NCBI GenBank assembly: GCA_964188305.1
Contig: OZ076890.1
DNA from: Podarcis bocagei
Lineage: Eukaryota
Strand: one strand, 5' to 3'
DNA length: 64,000 nucleotides
A program made the translations under genes and the position numbers. The notes under the pieces are model-generated. The model was not told the origin of the DNA and ran no database searches. It was given only the letters and a program-made list of their open reading frames with translations. Shown piece after piece: positions 48,885 through 62,965 of this stretch. The first letter of the stretch is position 1. Every line of letters starts with the position of its first letter.

Positions 48885-51013
48885 TCTGATTTAGCTTCAG
48901 GTGTTACATGCCAAGTTCATGTAAGCAAGTCAATCTGATGCTTCCTGTCTTCACTCTGGCTTTGTCTTGATATATTTTGGGCAAAACAAACAAAAAATAT
49001 GGCACCCACGAGCAAGCAGAAGCACAATTAGTTCATGCTGTTTGCATCCTTGCCCCCAAGTGCTGTAATTCTTCTCCAGCTTTGTAGCCTAACAGCAGCA
49101 TGATGAGTGGAAGGGCAGAGTTTCAGCTATTTTAGAGGCTGCCCTAGAGATCAACCTAGCATGCACAAACTCACCTTAAAATGTACTATCCAATATTGTC
49201 TTTGCTTTAAGGCATACAATTGGCAGCAATGTAAGTTTTTCTTTTAAAGTCTTGCTACATTAAAGAGGGGCAGGCAGGTGTGTTAAGAGTTTGCAATGTG
49301 TGAGGAGAGGAGGCTTAACCCTTACCTTCCCAATAGCAATTCCTCCAATCAAAAATGACCCTCTGTGCTGCAATTAGGCTTTCTAACAACAACAACAACA
49401 ACAACTTGATACAATGGTACTGCTTTTTAAGCCAAATTTCTGTGTGACTGTGATTTTCATGGTAAGCACAGTGTGCAGGAAGCTGCAACACCCCCTCCCC
49501 AAATCATCCCTGTGCCACAATTAGACTTGAAAACATGCTTCCCTTAGTACCAGTGAAATATATTTACAGTATATATTAAAAGCCTAATTTCTGAGCAGTG
49601 TATAAGAACGGGGGGGGGGGGGAGCTGTGGGCTGAATGAGGAAGTCCCACATCCAACCTGAGGGCCAGATGTTCTCCACCCTGCTTTTAAGTCTCATTAC
49701 TCCACACTTTCTTTCTCATAACCATTTTATTTGTTTCCTCTTTGCTTTTGGCTGTGACTGGAAATTAATTTATTCACTTTCCAACTCTAACTGAATTATA
49801 CACTTAGTGTATAAGCATTTGAGAGACATTTTCCAAGATTATAAGTCAAATAAAGTTGTGTGGCGCAATGCTCCAGGGAAGCATTGAACCAGTGCTCATG
49901 AAGGATGGGGAAAAATTTACCTCACATATCAACGTGAGCTAAGCTGAGGAAAGTGCAGACTGATAAATCCCTTTTATCGGCTGCACTAGCGTGTGGAGGT
50001 GGAGGATTTTTAAAGTCTGGCCATTCTCCTCAGTGTCAAACCCAAGGGCGACATTTGAAATTCTCTGGTGACAGGGAAAGACAGAGACGGAGAACTGTGG
50101 CCATGTGTTATCAACCCAGAGGACATGACTGAAGTAGGAAAGACAAAAGATCAAAATGCCGGTGGAGCTTCCTAAATAATTCAAAAAGAAACAAATGCCT
50201 TACAAAACTGGTCGAAAACAATGCTAGGCAGAAATGCATGAAATGGAACTCTGAGACTATCACAGCTTACTGTTTCAAACAGCCCCTGGCACTTTCACCA
50301 CCATCCTTCCACAGTGTGCAATCTCCATCTGGGTGCTGGTACCCAAAAGCTGTTTCAATATTTCTGTGTTGCCCCTTGCACCCAGGCAGCTGTTCTGCAG
50401 GGTTTGGTTTTTTTGCCTCACAAACAGCAGAATTCAGCTTGATTTCCCTCTCTAGATAACAGAATGATGGAAGCCGACAGCTTTGCAGTGCAGTTTTATT
50501 ACAAACTGTTGAAGTGTGTATGCGTACAATGTTTTTCCCCTCCATCCAATCTGTCCCCACTGTGTACACCAGTTATAGCTGGCTCATTTTTCCAGCTAAA
50601 TTTGGTTTTCATAATCCTTTGTTCTTGTTAGCCCTGAAAAAAAATATATCAGCAGTTCTCTAGAAAGGGATTTGGAGCTGTACTGCCTGATTAATTAACT
50701 ACAGAATTGTTAATTAAATTCTAGTTATTGATCAAGAAGTAGGAAGGAACCCAGCTTGACTCTTAGGGCCAAGCCATACATAATGCAAGAGATCTGTTCT
50801 TGTATCTCCCACTGTTTTGGAATCTCTCTCTCTTTGTCTTTTACTTTGAAACAAGGCAGGGGACTCAAAATATGACCGAGGCAATGATAGTAGGGTAGAG
50901 AGGAGTGCTTAGCCATCACTTGAAGCTTATAGTAGCTCTTTATGAAGCTGAAGTTGATGCACCTTTGCACGTGTGCCCAGCCTGGCGAAACAACAGTTTG
51001 GGAGTTTGGGAGT

Positions 51014-51423
51014 AGGGATGGGTGAATCTGTCAATTACAGTTTCTCATTTTCCTACTCTTCCATCAGTTCTCCACATTTCCCAATCATTTGTGATTAAGA
51101 TAATAATAATAATTCATGAAAATTCAGCAGGATTTTAGTGTGACTTTCTCCTAATATGCATATATTTGTATGCAACTTTGCCTATGTGAAATTGCCTATG
51201 CATATGTGCAGAGTAATTTCTTCTTATGCAATGCACCTTTGAATGTTACTTTTGTGTACACCTTATCTAAGCATGTGCATTTTTCTGCATACATGGCAGG
51301 AGAACTTCATTGCAAAATTCAGTGTGAATTTTAATGTGGTTTGGTTTGGTTATTCTTTTCGAAAGTGCAGATCAGGTAGGTTCACCTTTAATTGCAAAGT
51401 GAACCAAATATCTCCATATTCCT
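51014..51423 (+). mobile_element. Old AT-rich non-autonomous DNA element (family of 7622 and 18293)
   Basis: Starts AGGGATGGGTGAATCTGTCAATTACAGTTTCTCATTT and ends GTGAACCAAATATCTCCATATTCCT. Confidence 0.6.
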
Positions 51424-51831
51424 ATTTGGTAGTGAAATTTGTATTAGCAAAATCCACGAGTAAAAGTTATCCAGTGCCCCACATAACAGTCTCACTGTTC
51501 AAATCAAGTTTAGAACTCTCTGTGCCTGTTAGGAATGATGTGTATTTACAAAAGGAGAATCCAATTACATATCCCATGTTTGGTTTCAGTAACCATGGTA
51601 AGTTTAAAACTTTATCTGCTGTATCTTCTTGCAAATTGATCCAGTAATGTTGGAGTCAAAATATGATGAAAAATATGGATCAGACTCAACAGCAGGGGTC
51701 ACCAGAATGATGCATCCTCAGAGAGTGTTCCACTACAACTCTCATGACCATTGGCCATGCCAGCTAAGGCTGATAGAAATTGAAATCCAGCAACATCTGG
51801 AGGGCACTACATTGGCTCCCCTTGCTCTAGA

Positions 51832-51969
51832 TAGCTGTTCTCAACCTGTGGGTCCCCAGATGTGGTTGAACTACAACTCCCATCATCCCTGAGCTCTGGC
51901 CTTGCTAGCTAGGGATGATGGGAGTTGTAGTCCAACCACATCTGGGGACCCACAGGTTGAGAACCGCTG
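51832..51969. mobile_element. Palindromic hAT (Charlie-type) MITE
   Basis: Near-perfect inverted arms of about 60 bp (TAGCTGTTCTCAACCTGTGGGTCCCCAGATGTGGTTG...CATCATCCCT / AGGGATGATG...CAGGTTGAGAACCGCTG), flanked by CTCTAGA(G). Confidence 0.9.
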
Positions 51970-51977
51970 CTCTAGAG

Positions 51978-52210
51978 CATGGGTAGGCAAACTAAGGCCC
52001 GTGGGCCAGATCCGGACCAATCGCCTTCTAGATTCAGCCCATGGACGGTCTGGGAATCAGCGTGTTTTTACATGAGTAGAATGTGTCCTTTTATTTAAAA
52101 TGCATCTCTGGGTTATTTGTGGGGCATAGGAATCTGTTCATCCCCCTCACCCCCACAAGGTCTGAGGGACAGTGGACCGGCCCCCTGCTGAAAAAGTTTG
52201 CTGACCCCTG
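51978..52210. mobile_element. hAT-Charlie MITE, OposCharlie1/OC1-like
   Basis: TIRs CATGGGTAGGCAAAC / GTTTGCTGACCCCTG with a perfect 8-bp TSD CTCTAGAG (51970-77, 52211-18). The internal AAAATGCATCTCTGGGTTATTTGTGGGGCATAGGAAT and GGTCTGAGGGACAGTG match OC1 derivatives as I recall them. Confidence 0.85.
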
Positions 52211-55200
52211 CTCTAGAGGTAAAACTAAGAAACTAGTCAGTTTTTGTGTTTCTTATTTCTTTTGCTATTACCCAGAGTCTCTGTGCCCTGACTTAGAAAC
52301 TCACCAGGCAGCTCTGATATGTGCCTCCATATTTAAACATTATATAGGGATATGTCACCTGAGTGGGAAAATGCCTTTACTGAAAAACAAAGGAAGGAGT
52401 AGCAGAAGTAGGAATGAAATATATGGCTTGGGTCCCAAGATCAGTGAACACCCCCCCCCCCAGTAAATGTGTGGGCTGGGCAACCACACACAGCACACAG
52501 ATATCAGGGGTGGCTGTGCATTCACATCTACACTGAAGAAAGAATGAGTAAGCACACGGTCATCTATTCTGTGTGTGAGTGCCTGGGGCAACATTGCATA
52601 GGCTGCGCTGACATACCACTGGCCATACAGCCTAGTAAATCTTCTTTCCTAACTATGTAGGATCCACTTGGTTTGTCCACACCAGCTAACCCAGGGGGAT
52701 CACCCAGATATTGTTGTTCTTGAGCTCCTATCAGACCCAGCCAGTATTATGAATAATAGCATTGATGGGAGTTGAAGTCCAGTAACAACTGAAGGACAGT
52801 ATGTTGGCTGTCCCTGAGATAATTTATGGACAAGGAAGTCAAATCTGTAGCTTTTACCCAGAATGCAATGTAATCCACGCTCCCCTGCCCAGCCCCTATT
52901 TACCCTGCAACATGGCTGGACCAGGGCAATTACAATGCAATTTGGACATTAAAGCAATGGAGGTCACTCAGACCCTATCCTGCTCCCCAATCTATTTCCC
53001 TCCCCGTCAGGTGCAGCCCTCTATTATGTGACGGCATGCATTGGAGGAGAGAATGCTTGGTCTCTGCAGGCTTCCCTATTGCGCAATCTGATAGGAAAAA
53101 AAATATTTCTTCCTTTTATCAGCAATGAGGCTGAGGAAAAAAAGGCAGCAGGAAAATAGCATTTATTTTAACCCTTCTGATAAGAAAAAGAAAACCTCAG
53201 CCCATCTGGAAGTTTCTGCTTCTCTTTCTTTCAGATGCACAGCCAAGAACATCTTAAGGTCAGGCTGTAAATCATGTAAAACATCTTTATCTACTCAAAA
53301 CTGTTCTGCTCCTTTATTCCTACACACACCACACATGCACACACACACACACACACACCAAGGACTTTTTGAGATCATCAAATTCCAACACTCACGGAAG
53401 GTGAGGAGGCGGGTATTTTTATAGTCACATCACAACACATTCAGATTAGGTGATCTACAAGCAAGACGGCCAAAGGACCGACATGTTGCAAAACTGGAAA
53501 CTGTGCCAAAACTCATACCTCTGGATCTCTTGCTGTTCTTGATATGCACATCTCATATTCATTAAAAGGTTGGGGCACAGGCCCCAAAGAAGAACCATGT
53601 GTGCTAGTGGCATGTGACCTTCATTTTCCTACTTCTATTGATTTGTATCCATCATTGCCTGTAAGCATATTTTGATATTCCATTTTGCTGACTTGCTGTC
53701 ACCTCTGCCAAAACAGCAGGCAAACGAAGTAAAAACAAGAACACAGGTGGTTTGACTCAGATTTGAGGTTCACTGGCTGGTTAAGCTTGATAACAGCCAC
53801 ATTACAGATGGGAGAATTAGACAATAGCTGTCCATGGAAGTGAGGGTGAGTTTGTGTGTATAATTCAGAGTGCCGAGCTGCCCAATCCAAGCCAATTGTT
53901 GTTGCAGCTATTCTCCCACCGCTCATCTGAGGCATAAGAACATTGCTATGTTCCTTGTTATAACACCACTAGGCTGCTGTTCAACAATTCCTTGCCATGG
54001 GGTCGGTTACATGTCTAACTTTCCTATAATTCACTGATTACATGGAGCATGGTCACATGATGTGTGGTTTTTTTATACTGTAATTTTATGATGTGAACTG
54101 CCCTGAGAGCTATGTGTATAGGGCAGTATACAAATTTTAAAAATAAAAAATAAAAAGTATAAAGGGTCTATTCTGCATTCAGTTCCCCACTCAAAATGCA
54201 CACGAGTTGTTTTCCCAAGGCTTGTTTAAAGCATGGTAGCTGCCCACCCAAAGCCCTTTCCAAGACCCTATTTCACCTCAAACTACCAAATGTTGAAAAA
54301 GGAAGTAGGGAAATGTCTTCACGAGAATCAGAAAATTAGTTGTGTGGCTTTTACTTAAGCTGCAGCCTCTTTGTGTCCAGCCACATATGGAAAGATATTG
54401 TAGCAGTGATAATACACAGTGATAGATCTTCACATCTGCTGAAGCAGCTTGAGACCAACAACTTTTTAAAAAGGTTTCATGGTATGACTGTAAAAGTGCC
54501 AGAGCTTTGCTTTATATTTTATATCATCATATCCTGTTCAGCTGCAACTTTTAGCAAGATAGCTTTATAATAATGAAATGATCACAGGATCATTTTGCTC
54601 TGTCACTTGACATGTGCTAATGACACATCTGGATGTGCTCAATTTGGCTTTATGATGCATGTCCATATTTTGTCAAGCCACACACATTCCATTGCAACGT
54701 CATGCACATATATGGCCACCAAGGCTGTGCAATGGATTATGCTAAGCATATCACCTCCATCCCATTCAGCTTCTAAAGCACCCTTAACTGCTGGCAATGT
54801 TTCTTTGCTGTGTTGGTTGTGGTTGGTTCAGTGGTCAAACTGTTCAAAGGCAAATAGAGAGTATTTCTTAGTTGGGCTTATGTGTTCTCAGCATCTTGGA
54901 AACCATAAAGGGCTGCAAGTCTTCATTTACTGCACCTATAAAGTCATGCATGGGTTGTGACACATATTCACAAATGTGTGCATTTCAAGGAGATAAATAA
55001 GCCTTCCAAGAACATCTGTGTCACTGAAGGACAACACAGCCCAGGACTCTCGTTGAACTGACCTACTTTTACATTCTGTCCTTGGCTCAGATGAGGAGGC
55101 AGAAGGACAGGAGGGATGTCAATAGACTCTGTCAATAAACCAAAGCAAGAATCCCGGCTGCTCTCATCTAACACAGTTTAATTTTTAATCCTGCAAAGCA

Positions 55201-56364
55201 GCAACAAGGACATGGGCGGCAGCAATCCGACAGCAGAGCAAATTGGTCAGGACAGAGTGGATTGATCTATCTGGGAGAAATGAAGACACAGCAGAAACTC
55301 TGTTTTATGAGTGGGGATGGCTTTTGGCCTCTCTTACACTTGGCCAAGAAAGACAGGAGTATAACAGCAGCAAGGACATATTGTGAATCAAGCCAAGCAT
55401 CCTAGTGCCAGATCCCTACCTACAGATTAGTTGTCTGAAATGACTGTCTGTGCAGACAAGCACAGTCACCCAGCATATCTTAAGAGTATACTACTAGAAC
55501 TGCGTTCATAAGGCAAAAAGCCACCACATGACTGCTCTTGGTTGTTGCTTTTTTCCTAGGCTTTCCCCCTTCAATGTCTTCTGCTTCCTTTTTTCCATAG
55601 TACTAGCCGGACTGATGACTCTGTCCTCCATATATGCAAATCCAAGGCACATCTTGGTTTCATTTCAAACACTCATATTTAACAGCAGGAATAAAAATAA
55701 CAGAATGTCCTACCTTGCGTTTGCATTTGTGCAAAAGCATTTACCCAGGACCTATCTTGTACAAAGTGCTGAACAGAGCACAGAAGTAGCTTAAGTGCAA
55801 TCACATGTAGAATAAGGGGAAGGGCTTACAGGTCACTGACATGACTCTCAGACACACCTGATAGTCTTCATTTTAGAAATAATAAATCCAGGTAACTTAT
55901 TAAGTGTGCATATAAACCTGCTGCCACTGTCATCACTGGCTCTCTTTAATGAGGTTCTCATTAAGTCGTTTCAGCTTTGGAACACAGCATCCCACCTCCA
56001 TTGGGATGCAATGATTTGTTCCTTCCTGTAATGCAAAATTAGAAGCTAAAGAAAAAGTTTCCATGTCTTGGAAAATGGAATGTTGGGAGTCACATACAGG
56101 ACCCTCAAAGGTATTGGTTAAACAAATCCTGGCTACACTTTCACTCACTTTCATTCACTAAAACACTCACTTATCAAAATAATACAAGGATTTTCCTGCA
56201 GATTTCTGAAAGATATTTCATTTCACAAGCATAGCGACATGAATTTTTGGTTCATAATCATTTAGAACATCATGCAGGTGATTCCTTGCCACCTCAGGCA
56301 TGAAGTCTGCAGCTGATGTGGGTAAGACTGAGGAAATGAACACAAGAATCGGTACTGGGTTGAA

Positions 56365-57000
56365 TTAGGCCACACCTTTATTGATTACAGGTAAGAGTAG
56401 GTTTGGCTAAGTCATTGGCCAAATTGTATCTGGCATCAGAACGCCTACATGCTGGCTGATAGGAACCCAGTGGATCAACTGTGTGCTGGGGAGTCACCCA
56501 AAAAATGGATTAGCTGCCACGACCCCGTATGGACCTGCCATTCGGAGCTGTTTTGGCCCATTGGTCTGCAAGTGTGGACTCCCAGACCGATTCACGCCTC
56601 TTGGATTCCTTTAACTGGGTACCTGCATGATGAATATCCATCAAAGTTGTGACAGTTGCTATGAGGTAGGTAAAAACCTTTACACTGGTCAATTTGCTTG
56701 CAGGAGAAAATTCCTCTCTAGCCCCAAATACAGCAACCGATTAAGCACAGCAAGGTTCTTACATCAACTTGCCCACTCCCCCATTGAGGGGGCCCCTAAC
56801 AGTCTGGGTGAGTGGGAGGTAAATTCTGCATTGGTCCCCAAGGGTGGGCAGGGCACAGCCCCCATGCCCATGCCCCGATAGGCTTGCAGGCAAGGCCCAC
56901 CCAAACAATGGGTTCAGCATGGCCAGGGGAGGCCAACATCAAATGGCCATCCCCTCCCCCATCTATCCAGGACAAGGAGTTTATCCCTGGATCCAGCCAC
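56365..57000 (-). mobile_element. Non-coding element copy C (relative of 21429-22216)
   Basis: The minus strand reads AGGAATTTTCTCC...AGGTTTTTACCTACCTCATAGCAACTGTCACAACTTT...GTTAAAGGAATCC...CCAATGACTTAGCCAAACC...AATAAAGGTGTGGCC. The 5' boundary is approximate. Confidence 0.7.
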
Positions 57001-58847
57001 ATTCTCACTGTGTGGCAAACACTGGACCCCCTCCTGTTGAGACATTAATTGAACACATTGGTTAGGCAATTGTGCCCACTGTTCCCACTTCAGACTTCCA
57101 TGCATTTATAGGCCTCTTTTATAGGTTCCCCAATCCTGTTGGCTGTGAAGGAGCTCAGAATAGGATATATTCCTTAACTATGCCCTGATTATGGAATTCC
57201 TTGTCTCAGAGGACTAGCATGTCATCGTCCTTTATGACATTTTATGTCAGGTTGAAAACATTCTTCTGACATGCTTTCTAGAAAGATAATTATGAGCCAA
57301 AATGTGTCAACTAACTTAGCAATAAGAGGGTGATTGTTTTACCAATAATTGGTGCTATTATGAATGGTCATTGGACTTCTTTTACATGCACACATTTAGG
57401 TTTGCAATCTCAAGGGGTGGAGAGTGGACTAAAGACAAACAATGAAAGGGAAATTAGAGGGAGAATCTTAGATTGCCTTCTGAGCTAGTCAAAATCTCCC
57501 CCCAGTTTTGGAGCATGTCAGGTGGCTGAGATGGCTTTGTATACTTCAGATCCAAGCTGTTTCCGGATCCTCCATTGACAGATCCCCAGTAACACCCCTC
57601 CCCCTAATCTTGACCTCACTACTGTTGCAGAACTGACATCACTAGGGCCAGGGTGTTCCCATAGGGGCAGGAAGGAGCTTACTCCCTGACATCACAACCC
57701 TCTCTCCAGTGATGTACAGGGAATGTCAATGTTTCCTATGACCCCTGAGACACCCTCCCATGGGCCATAGGTTTTCAGATCCAGATTTAATTGAATTTTC
57801 ACAGTCTGTGCATTTGCATTTCATTGCCACTCGACTCCTTTCTCCTTAGTTTTTCTTTACAACTGTATATTCCTGTCAACTGAGGAAAACACATGCATCT
57901 AATGGTTTAAGGTCCTCCAAACTGCAAGAGTTAGACTAACACCTTTATCCCACCTTACTTTAAATCATAACTGGTACAGGTTCATTTTCAACATGGCTAT
58001 AAAGGTAGAGTTTGAATACTATAGCTTTTGTCCTCCACTGCCCAACTTTTAAATAATGATTCCTGTAGTTCCAGTTATTCTTTTCTTCTGTGTTTTAAGT
58101 CCTTTATACAACTCCTTAATGAGCACAAAAGACAACATCATAACTTCCTAAGTATACTGCCCTTGACTGAGAGACCCAAATGGTATACACTATTTCTAAA
58201 GCATTTGATTCATTAATATACTCAAATGCTGTTCACGGTCTTTCCTCCTCTAAACTGACTTCCAGTATTGAACCAGATACTCTATTGACTTGTATTTTCT
58301 TATGATCCTTTATACGTATCTGCTGACTGACTGATCTTTCTCAGCAGCTATGCTCCTCTGCTATATATTTGTAAATTTGGCTTTCCTGTACTATATGCAG
58401 CACACTCCATTTGTCTCTGGTGAAAATTTACCCCACTTAGCTACAACTTATCAAGATATTTATGAATTCCAGTCTTCCCCCTTCTGAAATGTCAATATTC
58501 TTTCCCAGCCTTCTGGCATTTGAAAACCTGAGATCCAAGTAGTTTTTATCCAAATTACAGATGAAAGTCACGAACATTATGAATACAGCGACAATCATTA
58601 CAGACAAAGTTCAATTTGTTGCCTCATGCAAGTATGGAAACAAACTACTAACTGGTATTTCTTGCTACGAGGTTACATTAGACATTCAAATTAGCCACCA
58701 ATTCTTTTGCTTCCATGTTACATGTTCTATCTCTTACCATAAGCTCTCTCATCCACTTAGTGAAGTTACACAATTTTTTAAATTAAAAATCCTGCCTTAA
58801 TTAAGAACTCTTTTTAGAAAATGTTTGCAACACTGACGTGTTATACT

Positions 58848-58849
<2 letters not shown>

Positions 58850-58878
<29 letters not shown>
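58850..58878. repeat. (GT)n microsatellite
   Basis: Directly visible. Confidence 0.95.
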
Positions 58879-58880
<2 letters not shown>

Positions 58881-60007
58881 GTCATACATGTCACATTCTA
58901 CACTAATTTCTACCCATATCAACCTTACATGAATGGTAATTCTTCCAATAGCATTAGCAGAAATAAATGTTAATTACATCCAAATATTTGGATTGGCTAC
59001 CATTAAGGATTATTATCCCATGACTGTCAGAACACTCTCATTGTCCTTAGAATTGGCACTTGTGAAGCAATTTCAAGAGTTGTGCCTCTCCCAGTTACCT
59101 TTATGGAGAGTGGAATGAAAAATTGTGGATGACTAACAGCGCCAAACCTCAAGTTCTGTCACTTTAATAATGAAATTAATCTACAGGATTCTTAAGAACA
59201 TGCATTACAGAAATCTACATGGGGCCATTTTTAACAGTTTTTGGATACTGCCTCTCTTATCTAGCTCCCTAGAACCCCTCTGGATCTGTAATAGTTTAGA
59301 GATGACATGAAATATTTCAATTATACAGTTTCTTTACCTCTACCTTAGCTGTAGAAAATTGGTAGAAATTAATTTATCACCTCACAGATGGAAACAAATT
59401 AGCAGAAACTGCAGCGAAAGACAAGGATCGCCAACAGAATTTGAATTCATTGTGCTTACTGATTAGGGCACACACGCTTCACCCATTAGACTATGCAATC
59501 TTTGCTTCCTGTCTAGGATAAATTACAGGTGTTAAATTAGTCACAGGAGGGTTCCCCCATTGTTCCATCATTGCAAGAGAAACACTAAAAATTGCAGGAC
59601 TGAATAAAAAATCCTTAAGATGGAGCGTAAAAGGTATAATTCTTCTTTTATTTACCCAATAAACCCTTTCATTACTGGGTTATTCCTCCATTCATGCCCA
59701 CTTTGCAACAGAATAGAATATTCCATAGAGTCCTTAGAATGCTTAAGAAACATGCTTACCCATTTATACCTAACTGTATATTAATCCTTCCTTAATACAG
59801 TGGCATTAACTTGTAGAAACAAATAGATGTATAGGCTTTTGACTGCTGGGAGTCCCATATTTTTCATCCTAGAATGAGAGTAAGTTGATGAAGTTCCATG
59901 AATGTGCATTGCTGTGATGTGAAGGTTCGAACACACAACCAACCTCAGATAAAATGCCCTCACCTATTTGACTTTATGCTATTTAAGGCCAACTAACAGC
60001 ACTATCT

Positions 60008-60335
60008 TAAGAACATAGAAAGACCTCTGCTAAATCAGAACAAAGGCCCATCTGGTCCACCATTCTGTTATCACAGTGGCCAATTAGTCACTTATGGGAA
60101 GTCCACAAGCAAGACATGAGGTCAGCAGCACTGTCAATCTCATGTTTCCCCAGCAGCTGCTGCACAGGGATACATCTTAATGTAGCAAATTGTGAGGAAG
60201 CTGCTCTTTTTGTCTGTTCTGAATCACTTACCATTCAGCTATTTTGAGAGGGGGTGAAAACCATTTTTCTGTACACTTTCTTCACACGATGCATAATTCT
60301 ATACACCTCTATCATGCCCCCAAATGAAAAAGTCC
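60008..60335 (-). mobile_element. CR1 LINE 3' end, internally deleted
   Basis: TAAGAACATAGAAAGACCTCTGCTAAATCAGAACAAAGGCCCATCTGGTCCA...CACAGTGGCCAA and TGCATAATTCTATACACCTCTATCATG (DMIEVY.IMH on the minus strand). Confidence 0.8.
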
Positions 60336-62749
60336 TATACTTTTAATTAACTTATTTAAAATATGTAGAGCCTCCTCCTCATAACCGGAGTGGTTTGCAA
60401 TCATAAAAAAATAAAATAAATACTAGAACTCCAAATATAGGTTGGTTTATAAAATCCCATAAATGAATAAATAAAATAAACAGGCGCATAATAAACTCTG
60501 GGGTGGGGAGGGGGATAAAACAGTAAATACACATTAAAACAGGTTGATAAACAGGAACCATACAAACGCTTGGATAAATAAGTGGGTCTTGAGAACCAGG
60601 TTATTCCACTTTAGTTGGGGCATTGAGCAAAGTTGGTAAATGGAGCTCCTCACTGAGGAAGCTACTTGTGCCTCCAATGATAATGCTTAGCTCTAGGAGC
60701 ATGCCCAGACTACATGTGCATTCTTTTAGAGCAAGGTTTTTGATGGGAGTTGTAGTTCAGCAATATGTGAAGTGCCAAAGGTTACACAGGGATAAAGGTT
60801 CACTTCATCTGTACAAAAGGGAACAGATTCTCACGCAAATCTGATCTTCCTCCAGGGGACTTAACAGGGAGGCTCATTTGATGCCTTTGTTTCATACAGT
60901 ATCTTTAGGTGCCAGGCGATAAATATTTTCACATCTGGATCTGGAAGGGAGAAGGATTCTCTGGTCACACTCTGGCTTCTCTTCCCTTTTCAGCCAGCCT
61001 ACAGTTGCAGAAAATACTATGGGAAATAGAGGTTGTAGTGCTGACTGTCAGTGTCCAAGTCCAGCACTGCAACATAGCTAGGATATCCTGAACCTTACCA
61101 CTGGGATGCTGGTGGTTTTAAGCTGCCTTGCATCTGACTGGGAGTGCAGGGCACTCAGCTCTTGACAGGATTGCCTCCTCTTATTATGGCTTTGCCTTGA
61201 ACAATGAGAGTTATTTAACTATTTTCATTAAAGACAGTGCATTTTTTTTTTGGAAGATAAAGATAATTAAGTGCTGAAAGTGTGGCGATCCATTTGACAC
61301 AGTGAATAAAAGATATGAAGTATTTCTAATAAAAGCAGAACCCCCACTGGGACTTGAACTCACTGCCTATCTTTGCAGTCTAAGCAAAGCATTCTGTTCA
61401 CCAGGCAAATACTTTGCATTCACTCTCCATTGCTGGAATTTATAACTGCGATATTGGCTGCACACACTGGGTCTCCCAGTTGTTGTTCTCTAAAAGCAAA
61501 AGAAATATATTGTTTCTTGGATGCTCTGTGAAAAAATAAATAATTTTTATAAAAATGAATGTACGTGTTATAACGTTCCAAAACCTGTTCTCTTATTTGT
61601 GCCAAGATCTACAGTGCATGCTTAATTCCATTGCCCACACTCTTATTTCTTCTGTGTGATATCCTCCCCCCACTCCTTTTCATCAATAAAAAATGTGCAA
61701 ATAGAATGGCCAAGGGAGGCTTCCGGCTTCCCAGACAGCCACTTCTTCATGAGCAATGCTGGAATAATCTGAATGCCGGATATGGTTAAACTGAGTAGGT
61801 CTGTACAAGCACACTCCAAATAATGTCTCCAGTGCTCCATATGGTCAGTGTGCTCAGCTATTGCCTTGGGTCCCCATGAAGCTAGCCCTGCGGAGAAGGA
61901 GACAATGCCACTTATGTCATACATGGAAGGACTTGTTTCTGCAACTCCCCAAAATGCCACTGTGAATCAAATCACACAGACTTCCAGAAATGCATTTGTC
62001 CAACATAAATTATGCCTCTTTTCAAATCCACCTCCCTTATCAGGTTAACCAAGAATGTGCACAAATACCTGAGTTATATGCCCTAGATTTTGGGGAAGAG
62101 GGATCAACAAAGTAAATCCTTTCAACAAGTTTTCTTCACTGTTTGTATTCAGTGGTGGACTCCAATAAACCTCAAAGAACTATGGAATTCACTGATTATT
62201 TTGTCCCTGAGCTGGTGCAGATTTTCTTCCACCTGCACTGCCCACACATGCCACCCACTAACACCAACTTCTTCCTTCCCCCTCCTGTTTTTACTGCTGT
62301 GGCATGGGTGTACCAAGGTTCCCAAGGGCAATGCCACACTCTGGCAAAGGACTCTAGGGAATGTAGGGTCGTTCTTCAGAGTGAGGCATTGTGAGATGGT
62401 CCCAAACAGCAGCTGCAGTAAAGCAGTAGCATTGCAGGGGTTCTCCAGTGCCACCCAGCTCTGAATGCCTGACACCACTGTGGGAATGCTGCTGACCACT
62501 TTACTGCAGTGGCAGCACTACTAGCAGGCAAGGGAAACATGGAAATTCACCACCTTTCCTGATTTGCCATCTGATTGAAAGGTCTCAGTGTAGCTAACTG
62601 GCAGGTTGGCCCTGCACATCCAAACTTGTATGTAAACTTAAGAGAATAAAATTTTGCTGAAGTAAAACTGGTGTGGAGGTTTCAAATGCAAACACACAGA
62701 ATCTATTTCAAGATCCATTATCTAGAACAGGGGGTGGGGGCTTAGATTA

Positions 62750-62965
62750 CAGTGGTACCTTGGGTTAAGAACTTAATTTGTTCCAGAGGTCCGTTCTTAA
62801 CCTGAAACTGTTCTTAACCTGAAGCACCACTTTAGCTAATGGGGCCTCCCGCTGCTGCCACACCACCATCTGTTCTCATCCTGAAGCAAAATTCTTAACC
62901 CGAGGTACTATTACTGGGTTAGTGGAGTCTGTAACCTGAAGCGTCTGTAACCCGAGGTACCACTG
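62750..62965 (-). mobile_element. Tc1/mariner-Tigger-type MITE, inverted sister of 11611-11841
   Basis: TIRs CAGTGGTACCTTGGGTTA / TAACCCGAGGTACCACTG with TA TSD. Confidence 0.92.
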
